Positions 39,627 through 50,032 of a DNA stretch of 64,000 bases are shown in pieces. This stretch comes from an uncultured archaeon. GTDB lineage: Archaea; Iainarchaeota; Iainarchaeia; Iainarchaeales; 1-14-0-10-31-34. The translations under genes were made by a program, and so were the position numbers. The stretch's first letter is position 1, and each line of letters starts with the position of its first letter. The notes under the pieces are model-generated. The model had not been told where the DNA came from, ran no database searches, and saw only the letters and a program-made list of their open reading frames with translations. The DNA lies in contig CAZSOZ010000001.1 in assembly GCA_964608675.1 (NCBI GenBank), positions 160,001 through 224,000 on the forward strand. The letters are read 5' to 3'.

Positions 39627-41156
39627 TTATTCAAATTCAATTGTTGCAGGAGGCTTTTGGGAAATGTCATACAAAACCCTTGAAACCCCTTCAACTTCAT
39701 TCAAAATTCTGGAAGAAACTTTTTCAAGAAAATCATCAGAAAACCTTGTCCAGTCAGCAGTCATTCCATCCACAGAATTAACTGCACGCAAAGCAACAAC
39801 AAAAGAATACTCTCTTGAATCTCCCTTAACTCCAACAGCCTTAACAGGAAAAATTACAGCAAACGCCTGCCAAGTTTTATCATACAATTTATTTTTTCTT
39901 AATTCATCAACAAAAATAAAATCCGCTTCCCTCAAAATACCAAGTTTTTCTCTGGTTATCTCCCCTAAAATCCTTACAGCAAGCCCTGGACCTGGAAAAG
40001 GATGTCTTTCAACAACATCTTCAGAAATTCCTAAAAGTTTTCCTATTTCACGAACTTCATCCTTATAAAATTCCCTTAAAGGTTCAAGTAAAAGAAAATT
40101 CATTTTTTCAGGCAAAGAAAGATTATGATGAGATTTAATTTTAGCGACAGTTTTAGAAGGTTCTGCTGACTCAATTCTATCAGGATAAATTGTGCCCTGC
40201 CCCAAAAAAGAAATTTTTCCAAACTGTTTTTCAAGCTCCAAAGCCTTTTCTTCAAAAACCTCAATAAAAGTATGGCCAATAATTTTTCTTTTTTCTTCAG
40301 GATCAAAAACTCCTTCCAAAGCAGACAAAAATTTTTCAGAAGCATCAACTACAAAAAAATGCTTGAAATTCATTTTACGATAAAGAGCTTCAACAAAATC
40401 CCTGTCTCCCTTTCTGATTAAACCAGTATCAACAAAAACACAAAATAATTGACTAGAAACAGTTTTATGAATTAAAACAGACGCAACCAAAGAATCCACT
40501 CCCCCTGAAACCCCCATTAAAATCCTTTTGTTTCCTGCTCTTAATTTTATTTCTTTTTGAATATCCTTTAAAACAAAAGAAATTTTCCAGTCTTTTTTTG
40601 CTCTGCAAACATTCAAAAAATTCTGAAAAATTTTTTTTCCTTTAGGAGTATGATGAACTTCAGGATGAAACTGCAAACCAAAAATTTTCTTTTTAGAAGA
40701 AAACATTGAAGAAACAGCACAAGACTTCGTTTTAGAAGAAACAACAAACCCTTCAGGAAGAACTTTAACTGAATCCCCATGAGAAAGCCAAACCTGCTCC
40801 TTATTTAAACCATTAAACAAAGGGTCTTTTCCTTTAACAAAAATAATGTTTTTGCCGTATTCTTTTGAGTTACTTGAATCAACTCTGCCATCTAAAAGAA
40901 CAGTGATTAACTGAAGACCATAACAAATTCCCAAAACAGGAACCCCCAAATCCAAGACAGCAGAATCCATTTTCGGAGCATTAAACTGATTAACACTTGA
41001 AGGGCCTCCAGACAAAATTATTCCATCAGGATTAAATTTTTTTAATTCCAAAGCAGTAATTGAATGAGAAAAAATTTCTGCTTTAACTCCTAATTCCCTT
41101 ATTTTTCTTGCAATCAAATGACAATACTGGCCTCCAAAATTAATTACTGCAATCAT
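39627..41156 (-). CDS. guaA: GMP synthase (fused glutamine-hydrolysing, bacterial-type architecture)
   Basis: LSGGPSSV, GICYGLQ, QFHPEV, SGGVDS, IKSHHN, KPPATIEFE. Confidence 0.96.
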   Translation of the reverse strand: MIAVINFGGQYCHLIARKIRELGVKAEIFSHSITALELKKFNPDGIILSGGPSSVNQFNAPKMDSAVLDLGVPVLGICYGLQLITVLLDGRVDSSNSKEYGKNIIFVKGKDPLFNGLNKEQVWLSHGDSVKVLPEGFVVSSKTKSCAVSSMFSSKKKIFGLQFHPEVHHTPKGKKIFQNFLNVCRAKKDWKISFVLKDIQKEIKLRAGNKRILMGVSGGVDSLVASVLIHKTVSSQLFCVFVDTGLIRKGDRDFVEALYRKMNFKHFFVVDASEKFLSALEGVFDPEEKRKIIGHTFIEVFEEKALELEKQFGKISFLGQGTIYPDRIESAEPSKTVAKIKSHHNLSLPEKMNFLLLEPLREFYKDEVREIGKLLGISEDVVERHPFPGPGLAVRILGEITREKLGILREADFIFVDELRKNKLYDKTWQAFAVIFPVKAVGVKGDSREYSFVVALRAVNSVDGMTADWTRFSDDFLEKVSSRILNEVEGVSRVLYDISQKPPATIEFE

Positions 41157-41246
41157 TCAAAAAAGCCTCCAACAAAAACAAAAAAAAAGAAAAAAAATAG
41201 AATTTTTTTATTAGACATAAATAATGATTGAAAAAAAGTCTTTTAA

Positions 41247-41627
41247 TTATTTTGATTTAAGAATACGGACTGCAAAATAAGCAGCGTTTTGAGCGTTGTC
41301 GATGCCAACACATGCAACAGGAACCCCTTTAGGCATCTGAACAATAGAAAGCAATGCATCAAGCCCCCCCAACTTAGAAGAAACAGGAACCCCAATAACC
41401 GGCTTCAAAGTATGAGAAGCAATTACTCCAGGCAAAGCAGCACTCAAACCCGCAATTGCAATAAAAACATCAAAATCTTTTTCTGCTATCTCTTTTACTT
41501 TTTCAGGACTTCTATGCGCAGAAGCAACAAATGTTTCAAAAGAAATTTTGTTTTCCTTCAAAACTTTTTCAGCTTTCTCTGCAATCTTCCTGTCTGATTC
41601 AGATCCCATTACAACTGCAACTTTCAT
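41247..41627 (-). CDS. purE: N5-CAIR mutase / AIR carboxylase
   Basis: [33 protein letters not shown]. Confidence 0.93.
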   Translation of the reverse strand: MKVAVVMGSESDRKIAEKAEKVLKENKISFETFVASAHRSPEKVKEIAEKDFDVFIAIAGLSAALPGVIASHTLKPVIGVPVSSKLGGLDALLSIVQMPKGVPVACVGIDNAQNAAYFAVRILKSK

Positions 41628-41675
41628 TCAACCACCAACAAAAATATTATTTTTCTTTTATTTAATTATTCGCTT

Positions 41676-42644
41676 TTACTGCCAATTATTTTTTTCCTTT
41701 AATTCCCTGTATTCCTGAACTACCCTGCTTAAAGGCCTGGCAGACGCAAAATTTTCTTCAATCCATTCCTGTGCAAAAGAAAAATAAAACTCTGAAATTA
41801 ATTCTAAAAGTTTTGAAGGCATTTCAGGAGGTTCCGGCCATTCATCTTTTTGTTTTCCTTCCTGCATTGCTTTCTTTAATTCATTCTTCCACGAAGTAGT
41901 ATTATAATAATCTCTTGCGACCTGCTTGCTTACATGAACGCCATTAAACAAAAAACGGTTTTCATCCAAAGTACCAAAAACATCAACCAACAAAAGATTT
42001 CTTTCAGGAGAAAAAGCCAATTCAATTTTTCCGTCAGCATGAATTAAATTTAAAGACTCTGCTTTTTTATTTAAAAAATCATTAACCATCAAAGCAATCT
42101 GTTTTATTTCATTTAATTCAAATTCATTTAAAGCACTCATACTCAAAGCTTCCTGTTCAGTTAAAAGCCTGTCAGTCGGCTCCAATTTAGTAAAAAATTC
42201 AATCAAAGGGTTGTCAAAAAAAGTGTTTGGTTCAGGCACAGAAGACAAACCATATTGTTCAGGTTTAGCTTCCCCTTTCCTAAAACGAGAAAGCAAAGAA
42301 CTTCCTTCAGGAAGCATATTACGAAAAACAACCTCCAAAGGAATCAAATAATTTGAATCCTCTTTTGTCAATTTTCTTTTCTGGGGATAAATTACCTGCA
42401 CTAATTTTACTTTCATTTGATTTGGCTTAATGAACTCCAAAAAATGAGAAAAAATATTCAATTCAGAAATTTTTTCAAAATTATATGACGCCATCCTGCA
42501 TAAAGCTTCTCCTTTTCCAGGAATCTGCTGAGGCATTTTGCCATAATCAAAAATACTGTAATCATCAGTAAAAGAAAAAATTCCTTCACCAAACTCTTTT
42601 TCAGAAGCTTTCTTTAAAACCATTAAATCCTTAACTGACCCCAA
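41676..42644 (-). CDS. purC: SAICAR synthetase
   Basis: GSVKD, FTDDYSIFDYG, IPLEVVFRN, ADGKIE, GTLDENRF. Confidence 0.9.
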   Translation of the reverse strand: MGSVKDLMVLKKASEKEFGEGIFSFTDDYSIFDYGKMPQQIPGKGEALCRMASYNFEKISELNIFSHFLEFIKPNQMKVKLVQVIYPQKRKLTKEDSNYLIPLEVVFRNMLPEGSSLLSRFRKGEAKPEQYGLSSVPEPNTFFDNPLIEFFTKLEPTDRLLTEQEALSMSALNEFELNEIKQIALMVNDFLNKKAESLNLIHADGKIELAFSPERNLLLVDVFGTLDENRFLFNGVHVSKQVARDYYNTTSWKNELKKAMQEGKQKDEWPEPPEMPSKLLELISEFYFSFAQEWIEENFASARPLSRVVQEYRELKEKNNWQ

Positions 42645-42653
42645 ACAAACACC

Positions 42654-44087
42654 TCACTCATGTTTTTTTCTTTCATGGTTTCTGGTTTTCTCAAATTCTT
42701 TTTCAATTGCATCAGGAATAGGAACAGGGTATTTTCCATCCAAACAAGCCATACACAAATCCTTTCTCTGTAAAGCTTTCTTTAAAGAATCAATTGAATT
42801 ATAAATCAATAAATCTGCGCCAATATGTTCCTGAATTTCTTTAACAGACTTTTTTGCTGCAATTAATTCATTCTTTGAAGGCATATCAACTCCATAAAAA
42901 CAAGGAGAAACAATAGGCGGACAAGTAGACAAAAAATAAATTTTATTTGCTCCGTTGTCTTTCAGCAATTTAACGATTTTCTTGGAAGTTGTGCCTCTTA
43001 CAATGCTGTCATCAACAAGAATAATGTTTTTTCCGTTTACTTCACTGTAAACAGGATTCAATTTAAGTTTTACTCCATTCTCTCTTTTAATCTGAGAAGC
43101 CATAATAAAAGTCCTGCCAATATACCGGTTTTTAATTAAACCTTCACGATAAGGAAGACCAATTACTTCAGCCAAACGAGAAGCAGCAGTACGACTTGTA
43201 TCAGGAACCGGAACAACAACATCAGCTTTTAAACCAGTTTTCAACCATTCATGAGCAAGCTGTTCGCCTAAATTAATTCTTGCAGTATAAACCTCCAAAT
43301 TATCAATAATAGATTCTGCTCCAGCAAAATAAACCCATTCAAACATGCAATGACGAGGTTTTCCTTCAATTAAATTCTTTGAATGAACATTAAGATTTGA
43401 ATCAACAAAAACCGCCTGTCCTGCTTCAACATTTCCCAAAAGCTTATGGCCAGTAGAAGTCAAAGGCAAAGACTCAGAAGAAAAACCAATAGATTTGATT
43501 CCGTTGGATTCTTTTTCAGCCATTACCAAAGGGCGAATTGCATTAGGGTCACGAAAAGCAAGAAGTCCTTTGTCTTTTAGTACCATAACCACAGAATACG
43601 CTCCATGAACTTTTTCAAAAACTTTTTTAACTGCATTAAAAACTGCGTCAACAGAAAATTCTTCAGGCAAAGCATTAGCAAAAACATGAAGAATTACCTC
43701 AACATCACAAGAAGAAACCACACAAGTTTTATCAGTATTAAGTTGTTTTTTTAATTCAAAATAATTAGTGATGTTTCCGTTATGCGCAATACCGATTTCA
43801 TAAGGCTTAGAAACCTTAAACGGCTGAGCATCAGTTAAAAAATCAGAACCAATAGTAGGATAACGGGTATGGCCAATAGCAAAATTAGAAGACAGTTTAC
43901 TTAATTCTTTTTCAGTAAAAATGCTTCCGACAAGGCCTTCATTTTTAATTAACTTTAATTCATCAGAATCAGCTTTATAAGAAAGAATTCCTGCAGAATC
44001 CTGCCCTCTGTGCTGAAGAGAAAGCATTCCCACAAACAAGTCAGGCAAAACACTCTTTTTAGAAATAATTCCAATTATTCCGCACAT
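42654..44087 (-). CDS. purF: Amidophosphoribosyltransferase
   Basis: MCGIIG, LQHRGQDSAG, GHTRYPT, CMFEWVYFA, VDDSIVRGTT. Confidence 0.96.
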   Translation of the reverse strand: MCGIIGIISKKSVLPDLFVGMLSLQHRGQDSAGILSYKADSDELKLIKNEGLVGSIFTEKELSKLSSNFAIGHTRYPTIGSDFLTDAQPFKVSKPYEIGIAHNGNITNYFELKKQLNTDKTCVVSSCDVEVILHVFANALPEEFSVDAVFNAVKKVFEKVHGAYSVVMVLKDKGLLAFRDPNAIRPLVMAEKESNGIKSIGFSSESLPLTSTGHKLLGNVEAGQAVFVDSNLNVHSKNLIEGKPRHCMFEWVYFAGAESIIDNLEVYTARINLGEQLAHEWLKTGLKADVVVPVPDTSRTAASRLAEVIGLPYREGLIKNRYIGRTFIMASQIKRENGVKLKLNPVYSEVNGKNIILVDDSIVRGTTSKKIVKLLKDNGANKIYFLSTCPPIVSPCFYGVDMPSKNELIAAKKSVKEIQEHIGADLLIYNSIDSLKKALQRKDLCMACLDGKYPVPIPDAIEKEFEKTRNHERKKHE

Positions 44088-44197
44088 AAAAAAAAACCGA
44101 GGACACTCAAATAATATAATGAAAGACTTAAAAGAATTTAAAGCAAATGGCTAAAAAAAAGAGAAAACAATAAAAACAATTCAAATCATATTTATAT

Positions 44198-45538
44198 ATG
44201 TTAAAAGCTATTTCTCCGATAGACGGAAGATACGAAAGCCAAACAAAAGAATTACAAGAAATTTTCTCAGAATACGGAACGCAAAAATACAGAACAGAAA
44301 CTGAAATAAAATACCTGCTTTTTTTATCAAAAAAAAACATAATAAGAAAATTTACTGAAAAAGAAAAAAAAATTCTTAAAAACATTTATGAAAACTTCAA
44401 CCAAAAAGACTCAAAAGAAATAAAAAGAATAGAAAAAACCACAAACCACGATGTAAAAGCAGTTGAATACTTTATAAGAAAAAAAATAAAAAAAAGTTCA
44501 CTGAAAGACATTGAAAGTTATGTTCATTTTGGGCTGACATCAGAAGACATAAACAATCTGGCAAACTCAAAACAAATACAAAAAGGATTAGATTTATACA
44601 TAACTATTTGTTCTGCTTTGCACAAAAAACTAAAAGAAATTTCATTAAAAGAAAAAAACACTGCCATGCTTTCCCATACCCATGGCCAGCCAGCTTCCCC
44701 GACAACCTTTGGAAAAGAAACAGCAGTATTTGCTTCAAGAATAAAAGAAAGCCTTGAATTAATAAAAAAAATGAATCTGCCGGGAAAACTGAATTCTGCT
44801 TCAGGAAACTTTAATTCATTTTATGCTGCTTTTCCAGAAAAAAACTGGATTAAATTAAGCAAAGAATTCGTTGAAAGCCTTGGATTCGAACACAAAAAAT
44901 TAACCGTCCAAATAATTCCGCATGACAACATTTCAAGAATCTTAAATGAAATAAGCCTGCTGAACAGCATCATAATTAATCTGGATACAGATTTATGGTT
45001 TTACATAAGCAAAGAATACGTTTCACAAAAAAAAATAGGAACAGAAACAGGCAGTTCAGTTATGCCTCACAAAATAAATCCAATTCAATTTGAAAACAGT
45101 GAAGGAAACCTTGTTCTGGCAAACAATCTTCTGGATTTCTTAAGTTCAAGATTAATGAAAACAAGAATGCAAAGAGATTTAACTGACTCAACAATAAAAA
45201 GAAACTACGGAACAGCCTTTGGGCATTCAATAATAGGAATAAAAATGTGCTTAAAAGGACTAAACAGAATAAAACCAAACAAACAAAAAATGCTCGAAGA
45301 ACTCAAAAAAAACCCTGAAATATTAACAGAAGCAATCCAAACAATAATGAGAAAAGAAGGAAACACCCAAGCATACGAAAAACTCAAAAACATTTCAAGA
45401 GGAAAAAAAATAACATTAGAAGAACTAAAAAAATTCATAAAAAAAAGTTCATTAAGCCAAAAAGAAAAAAACAAGCTTATGAAATTAACTCCTGAAAAAT
45501 ATTTAGGAAAAGCAGAAGAACTCGCAAAAAGCAATTAA
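44198..45538 (+). CDS. purB: Adenylosuccinate lyase
   Basis: ISPIDGRY, TNHDVKAVEY, HFGLTSEDINN, GSSVMPHKINPIQFENSEGN. Confidence 0.95.
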   Translation: MLKAISPIDGRYESQTKELQEIFSEYGTQKYRTETEIKYLLFLSKKNIIRKFTEKEKKILKNIYENFNQKDSKEIKRIEKTTNHDVKAVEYFIRKKIKKSSLKDIESYVHFGLTSEDINNLANSKQIQKGLDLYITICSALHKKLKEISLKEKNTAMLSHTHGQPASPTTFGKETAVFASRIKESLELIKKMNLPGKLNSASGNFNSFYAAFPEKNWIKLSKEFVESLGFEHKKLTVQIIPHDNISRILNEISLLNSIIINLDTDLWFYISKEYVSQKKIGTETGSSVMPHKINPIQFENSEGNLVLANNLLDFLSSRLMKTRMQRDLTDSTIKRNYGTAFGHSIIGIKMCLKGLNRIKPNKQKMLEELKKNPEILTEAIQTIMRKEGNTQAYEKLKNISRGKKITLEELKKFIKKSSLSQKEKNKLMKLTPEKYLGKAEELAKSN

Positions 45539-46824
45539 TCTTTTATGAAAGTATCGCTTCTTTCTGCACCAAAAGAAACTGTTTTAATTTGAACACTCAC
45601 ACTTTTTTCAATGAATTCAAGGTATTTTTTTGCATTACCATCCAAAACAGAAAAACCTTTTTTTCTTAATTCCCTTCTTTCATTTTCCTCCAAAACAAAG
45701 CCCTCAAATTCAACAAAATGAGGTTCAGCTTTTTTAGTTAAATGATTTGCATAAGGAAACTCAAAAAACTTTTTTTTATTAATTAAATAATAGTCCGCAA
45801 CAAGCAGTTTTTTTATTCCACTTAAAACATCAAGCTTAGTTATTGCCAATTCAGTAAAGCCGTTTAACCTATTGGACATACGGAGCATAGGCAAATCAAG
45901 CCAGCCTACCCTTCTTGCCCTGCCGGTAGTAGTTCCAAATTCATTTCCTGAATTACGCAAAGTATCTGCTTCATCCCCTGAAATTTCAGTAGGAAACGGA
46001 CCAGAACCCACTCTAGTTGAATACGCTTTAATTACGCCGACAATTCTTTCAGTTATTCTCTGAGGAGCAATTCCTACCCCGCTGGTAATAGAACCTGAAA
46101 CAGGATGAGAAGAAGTAACAAAAGGATAAGTTCCAAAATCATTGTCAAGCATTGTTCCCTGGGCGCCTTCAAACAAAACTCTTTTTCCTTTATCCAAACA
46201 TTCATTCACTTCAATAGAAACATCAGAAAGCATTTCATTAAACTGCCCTCCCAAAACAGAATACTGCTTAAAAGTTTCTTCCTGAGTAAAATCAAAATTT
46301 TTATTTAAAACTTTTTCACACAAACTCTTGTAAAAAGGAAAATTAAAATCAAGTTTTTCCTTTAATCTTTCTTCATCAATTAAATCATCAAAACGTATTC
46401 CTATTCTAGAAGCACGATCAGCATAACACGGACCAACTCCTCTTCGAGTAGTTCCAATATTGTTTTCCTTTAAAGCTTCCTCTTTTCCAACATCAATTAC
46501 ATTATGCCAAGGCATTATAATTTGGCATCTTGGGTCAACCCCCAAATTAACTTCAATTCCTTTTTCATTTAAAGAATCAATTTCTTTTTTTAAAACTCTC
46601 GGATCAAGACAAACGCCGGCTCCAATCAAAGACCTCTTATTTCTTACTACCCCTGAAGGAAGCAAATGCAGTTTAAAAATCTGGTCTTTAACTACAACAG
46701 TATGCCCAGCATTATTTCCTCCTTGATATCTTACAACACAATCAGATTCTTCTGCAAGACAATCAACAAGCTTTCCTTTTCCTTCATCACCAAACTGAGA
46801 CCCAATAATTATTGTTGAACTCAT
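45535..46824 (-). CDS. purA: Adenylosuccinate synthetase
   Basis: GSQFGDEGKGK, GGNNAGHT, EGAQG, GTYPFVTSS, EFGTTTGRARRVGWLD. Confidence 0.96.
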   Translation of the reverse strand: MSSTIIIGSQFGDEGKGKLVDCLAEESDCVVRYQGGNNAGHTVVVKDQIFKLHLLPSGVVRNKRSLIGAGVCLDPRVLKKEIDSLNEKGIEVNLGVDPRCQIIMPWHNVIDVGKEEALKENNIGTTRRGVGPCYADRASRIGIRFDDLIDEERLKEKLDFNFPFYKSLCEKVLNKNFDFTQEETFKQYSVLGGQFNEMLSDVSIEVNECLDKGKRVLFEGAQGTMLDNDFGTYPFVTSSHPVSGSITSGVGIAPQRITERIVGVIKAYSTRVGSGPFPTEISGDEADTLRNSGNEFGTTTGRARRVGWLDLPMLRMSNRLNGFTELAITKLDVLSGIKKLLVADYYLINKKKFFEFPYANHLTKKAEPHFVEFEGFVLEENERRELRKKGFSVLDGNAKKYLEFIEKSVSVQIKTVSFGAERSDTFIKD

Positions 46825-46897
46825 ACCTTTCAAAATATGCTTAGAAGAATTTAAAAAAAGAAAGTTCTTTTTTTGATTAAAATTTTTTCTTAAAAAA

Positions 46898-46971
46898 TGA
46901 GGCTGGCGGGATTTGAACCCGCGACACCACGGTCTTCAGCCGTGTGCTCTCCCAGACTGAGCTACAGCCTC
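46898..46971 (-). tRNA. tRNA-Phe (GAA)
   Basis: Cloverleaf GAGGCTG...CAGCCTCA; anticodon arm CACGG-CTGAAGA-CCGTG; no intron. Confidence 0.95.
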
Positions 46972-47014
46972 AGAAACAAAATATTGTTTGTAATAATGCA
47001 TTTAAAGATATGGA

Positions 47015-47087
47015 CGAGCCCGGAGGGATTCGAACCCCCGACCCCATGGTTAAGAGCCATGTGCTCTGCCAACTGAGCTACGGGCCC
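47015..47087 (-). tRNA. tRNA-Lys (CTT)
   Basis: Anticodon arm CATGG-CTCTTAA-CCATG; GGTTCGAATCC T arm. Confidence 0.95.
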
Positions 47088-47148
47088 ATGATATTAAAAT
47101 CATAAGAGAAAAAATTTAAATCCTGCACTAAAAAAAAAATAATCTTTT

Positions 47149-47877
47149 TCAAAAAAATCCCCTTATTCTTTTTGCATCCCCTGAAATCTTAGTCTGCGGG
47201 AACCTTGATAATTTTTTATCTTTTTCTCCAACCCCAATATAAAAAGGCTGGTTTTCAAAAAAATACCAGTTAGTTTTTTCATCAAGCGGAAAACCCCACT
47301 CTAAATTCAAATCTGCATTTCTTCCTTTTCCAATCAGCTTCCATTTTTTTATCCCTATTTTTTCAGAATACTTATGAAAAAAAAACCTGAGAAGAGCCTT
47401 CTGATGCCCAGTTTTTACAGTTGAATCAACAAAAATTACTGATTTTCCATTCCAATTTCCTTTTTTAGCCAAATTCAATAACTTTTTGTCCACCCTCTCA
47501 AATTTCCTGCCAGTTAACTCCTGAAAACTTAATTTAACAAACTGCATTGAATCCAAATCCAACGCCTTCTTTAAAGCAAGAGAAGGAATTCTACCGCCCC
47601 TATCAATTCCGACAAAAACAGCATTGTTTAAATCAATTTTCTGTTTTCTTAAAAAATTTCTTACCTTCCAATTAATCTGCGCCAAATTTGTTTTCAAAAA
47701 CATTATTTGAAGTTTTTGCAGGGCAGGAATTTTCTTATTATAAAATTTTTTTTCAAGTGTCTTCGCAGACTGTTTATTCCTAAAAGTTTCTTTCTTTATT
47801 TTTTCATAAGCCCGTCTGGCTCTTTGAGCTTGCGTTAAATTTCCTTTAACAATTTTTCCTGCAGACATAATTTTCAT
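47149..47877 (-). CDS. Basic type I phosphoribosyltransferase-like orphan
   Basis: FVGIDRGGRIP and PRPP-loop-like VIFVDSTVKTG; K/R-rich N-terminal extension. Confidence 0.6.
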   Translation of the reverse strand: MKIMSAGKIVKGNLTQAQRARRAYEKIKKETFRNKQSAKTLEKKFYNKKIPALQKLQIMFLKTNLAQINWKVRNFLRKQKIDLNNAVFVGIDRGGRIPSLALKKALDLDSMQFVKLSFQELTGRKFERVDKKLLNLAKKGNWNGKSVIFVDSTVKTGHQKALLRFFFHKYSEKIGIKKWKLIGKGRNADLNLEWGFPLDEKTNWYFFENQPFYIGVGEKDKKLSRFPQTKISGDAKRIRGFF

Positions 47878-47980
47878 TTAAAAATAAAAAACAAAAAATT
47901 TAAGAACAAGATGAAAAACTAAAACACTGCAGTTAAAACAAAAATAAAAAAATCGGGCGCCTAAAAAAAAAGGCTGTTAA

Positions 47981-48053
47981 CGAGTCCGAAGGGATTCGAA
48001 CCCTCGACACCCGGCTTAAAAGGCCGGTGCTCTGCCAACTGAGCTACGGACCC
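47981..48053 (-). tRNA. tRNA-Lys (TTT)
   Basis: Anticodon arm CCGGC-CTTTTAA-GCCGG; GGTTCGAATCC T arm. Confidence 0.95.
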
Positions 48054-48135
48054 AATTACCCTGAAAAACAAGTGAACGAAAATAAACTTGTCTCAGAATA
48101 AGTAAAATAAATTGAGTAAAAAAAGTTATTTAAAC

Positions 48136-49419
48136 CTACTTTTTGGGGGTTAATTCCTTCAATCCATTCAAATAAGGATGCAGAACTTTAGGAATTTTTA
48201 CTGCACCTTCTTTTGTCTGAAAGTTTTCCAAAATAAGCCTTAACATTCTGGAAGTAGCGACCATTGTGCTGTTTAAAGTGTGAACCAAATTTTTTTCGTT
48301 TTTAGAAAAATATTTTATGTTAAGCCTTCTGGACTGATAAGAACTACAATTAGAACAAGAAATTATTTCAATGTATTTTTTTTCTCTGGGAGAAAAACCT
48401 TCGATATCAAATTTTTTTGATGCAACCGTTCCTATGTCCCCAGTACAGACATTAACTGCCCTGAAAGGAATTTTTAATGCATCAACAAAATCTTCTGCAT
48501 TCTTCAAAAGTTCTAAATGAATTTTATTAGAATCTTCAGGCATGCAAAAAACAACCTGTTCAATTTTATTAAATTGATGAACTCTAAACAAGCCTCTTTC
48601 ATCCAAACCATGCTTTCCTATTTCTTTCCTGAAACAAGCTGAACTTCCCACAAGCTTTAAAGGAAGATCTTTTTCATTAAAAGTTTGGTTCCAATGCATT
48701 GCAACCAAAGGATGCTCAGAAGTAGCAATCAAATAAAGGTCTTGATTTTCTATTTTATACATTACTTCTTCAAAGTCATTCAAATCAGTTACGCCCGAAT
48801 AAGGTTGCCTGCGCATAAGAAAAGGAGGAACAACAAAATCAAAGCCTTTCTTTAAAAGCAAATCAACTGCAAAAAGATTTAAAGCGCGCTCAACCAAAGC
48901 CAAATCTCCTTTAAGAAAATAAAATCCCGCTCCAGAAATTTTAACTGCGTTTTCAAAATCCGCGCCATTTAATTCAACTGCAAGACTGCCATGGTGCTTT
49001 AATTCAAAATTAAAAGAAGGGAGCCTGCCTTTTTTCTTAATTTCCTTGTTATCTGAATCATCCTTTCCAAAAGGAACATCCCCCTCCAAAAGATTAGGAA
49101 TTTTAAAAAGAAGGCCTTCACAATCTTTCTTTAATAAAACAAGCATGTTTTCCTTTTCCCTGATTTTAATAGGAATTTCTTTTGCTTCCTTAAGTTTTTT
49201 TGACGCATCCTTTTTTTCTGCCAGCAGTCTTTTTATTTCAAAAGTAATTTGATTTCTTTTAGATCTAAGGTCTTCTGTTTCCTGAAGAATTTTTCTCATT
49301 TGTTTGTCTTTTTTAATTAATTCATCAAAAAGAAAAAGATATTTTTTATTCTGCCTTCTTTCAAGATTTTTTTTAACTAATTCAGGATTCTCTCTCAGCA
49401 ATTTTATATCAATCATCAA
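48136..49419 (-). CDS. serS: Seryl-tRNA synthetase (standard type)
   Basis: IDIKLLRENP, LIATSEHPL, CFRKE, GLFRVHQF, HTLNST. Confidence 0.96.
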   Translation of the reverse strand: MMIDIKLLRENPELVKKNLERRQNKKYLFLFDELIKKDKQMRKILQETEDLRSKRNQITFEIKRLLAEKKDASKKLKEAKEIPIKIREKENMLVLLKKDCEGLLFKIPNLLEGDVPFGKDDSDNKEIKKKGRLPSFNFELKHHGSLAVELNGADFENAVKISGAGFYFLKGDLALVERALNLFAVDLLLKKGFDFVVPPFLMRRQPYSGVTDLNDFEEVMYKIENQDLYLIATSEHPLVAMHWNQTFNEKDLPLKLVGSSACFRKEIGKHGLDERGLFRVHQFNKIEQVVFCMPEDSNKIHLELLKNAEDFVDALKIPFRAVNVCTGDIGTVASKKFDIEGFSPREKKYIEIISCSNCSSYQSRRLNIKYFSKNEKNLVHTLNSTMVATSRMLRLILENFQTKEGAVKIPKVLHPYLNGLKELTPKK

Positions 49420-49468
49420 ACCAACTCAAAACGATAATATAAAAATAAAAAGCAAGCAATAAAATAAT

Positions 49469-50002
49469 ATGGTTAAAAAAATAAGTGTTTTACGGTTAGG
49501 CCACAGAATTTACAGAGACATCAGGACAACAACACATTGCGCTTTAACTTCAAGAGCACTAGGCACAGACGAAATAATTATTTCAGGAGAAGAAGACAAA
49601 GAAATAGAAAAAACAATAAAAAAAGTTGTTTCCCGCTGGGGAGGCAAATTCAAAATAAGATTTTCCGACAATCCACTTAAAGAAATTAAACAAAAGAAAA
49701 AAGAAAAATATACAATAGTACATTTAACAATGTACGGAGAACAAATAGAAAAAAAAATAAAAAACCTCAAAAAAAAAGAAAAAATACTTATAATAATAGG
49801 AGGGAAAAAAGTCCCTCCCCAAATATATAAAGAAAGCGACTACAATATTTCAATAGGAAACCAGCCTCATTCAGAAATAGCCGCACTAGCAATAATTTTA
49901 CACGAATTATTCGAAAGAAAAGAACTGAAAAAAAAATTTAGAAAACCCAAAATACAAATTATCCCCCAAAAAACAGGAAAAAAAACAAAAAAATCAGATT
50001 AG
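49469..50002 (+). CDS. trm56: tRNA (cytidine(56)-2'-O)-methyltransferase
   Basis: LRLGHR..RD.RTTTH, VHLTMYG, IGNQPHSEIAALA. Confidence 0.93.
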   Translation: MVKKISVLRLGHRIYRDIRTTTHCALTSRALGTDEIIISGEEDKEIEKTIKKVVSRWGGKFKIRFSDNPLKEIKQKKKEKYTIVHLTMYGEQIEKKIKNLKKKEKILIIIGGKKVPPQIYKESDYNISIGNQPHSEIAALAIILHELFERKELKKKFRKPKIQIIPQKTGKKTKKSD

Positions 50003-50032
50003 TTTAAATTCATTTTTGCAAAACAAAACTAT

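Noticed and set aside
41205-41220. TTTTTATTAGACATAA shared with 63707-63722
   Set aside because: Low-complexity match with no partner arm at this location; not enough to call a recombination site
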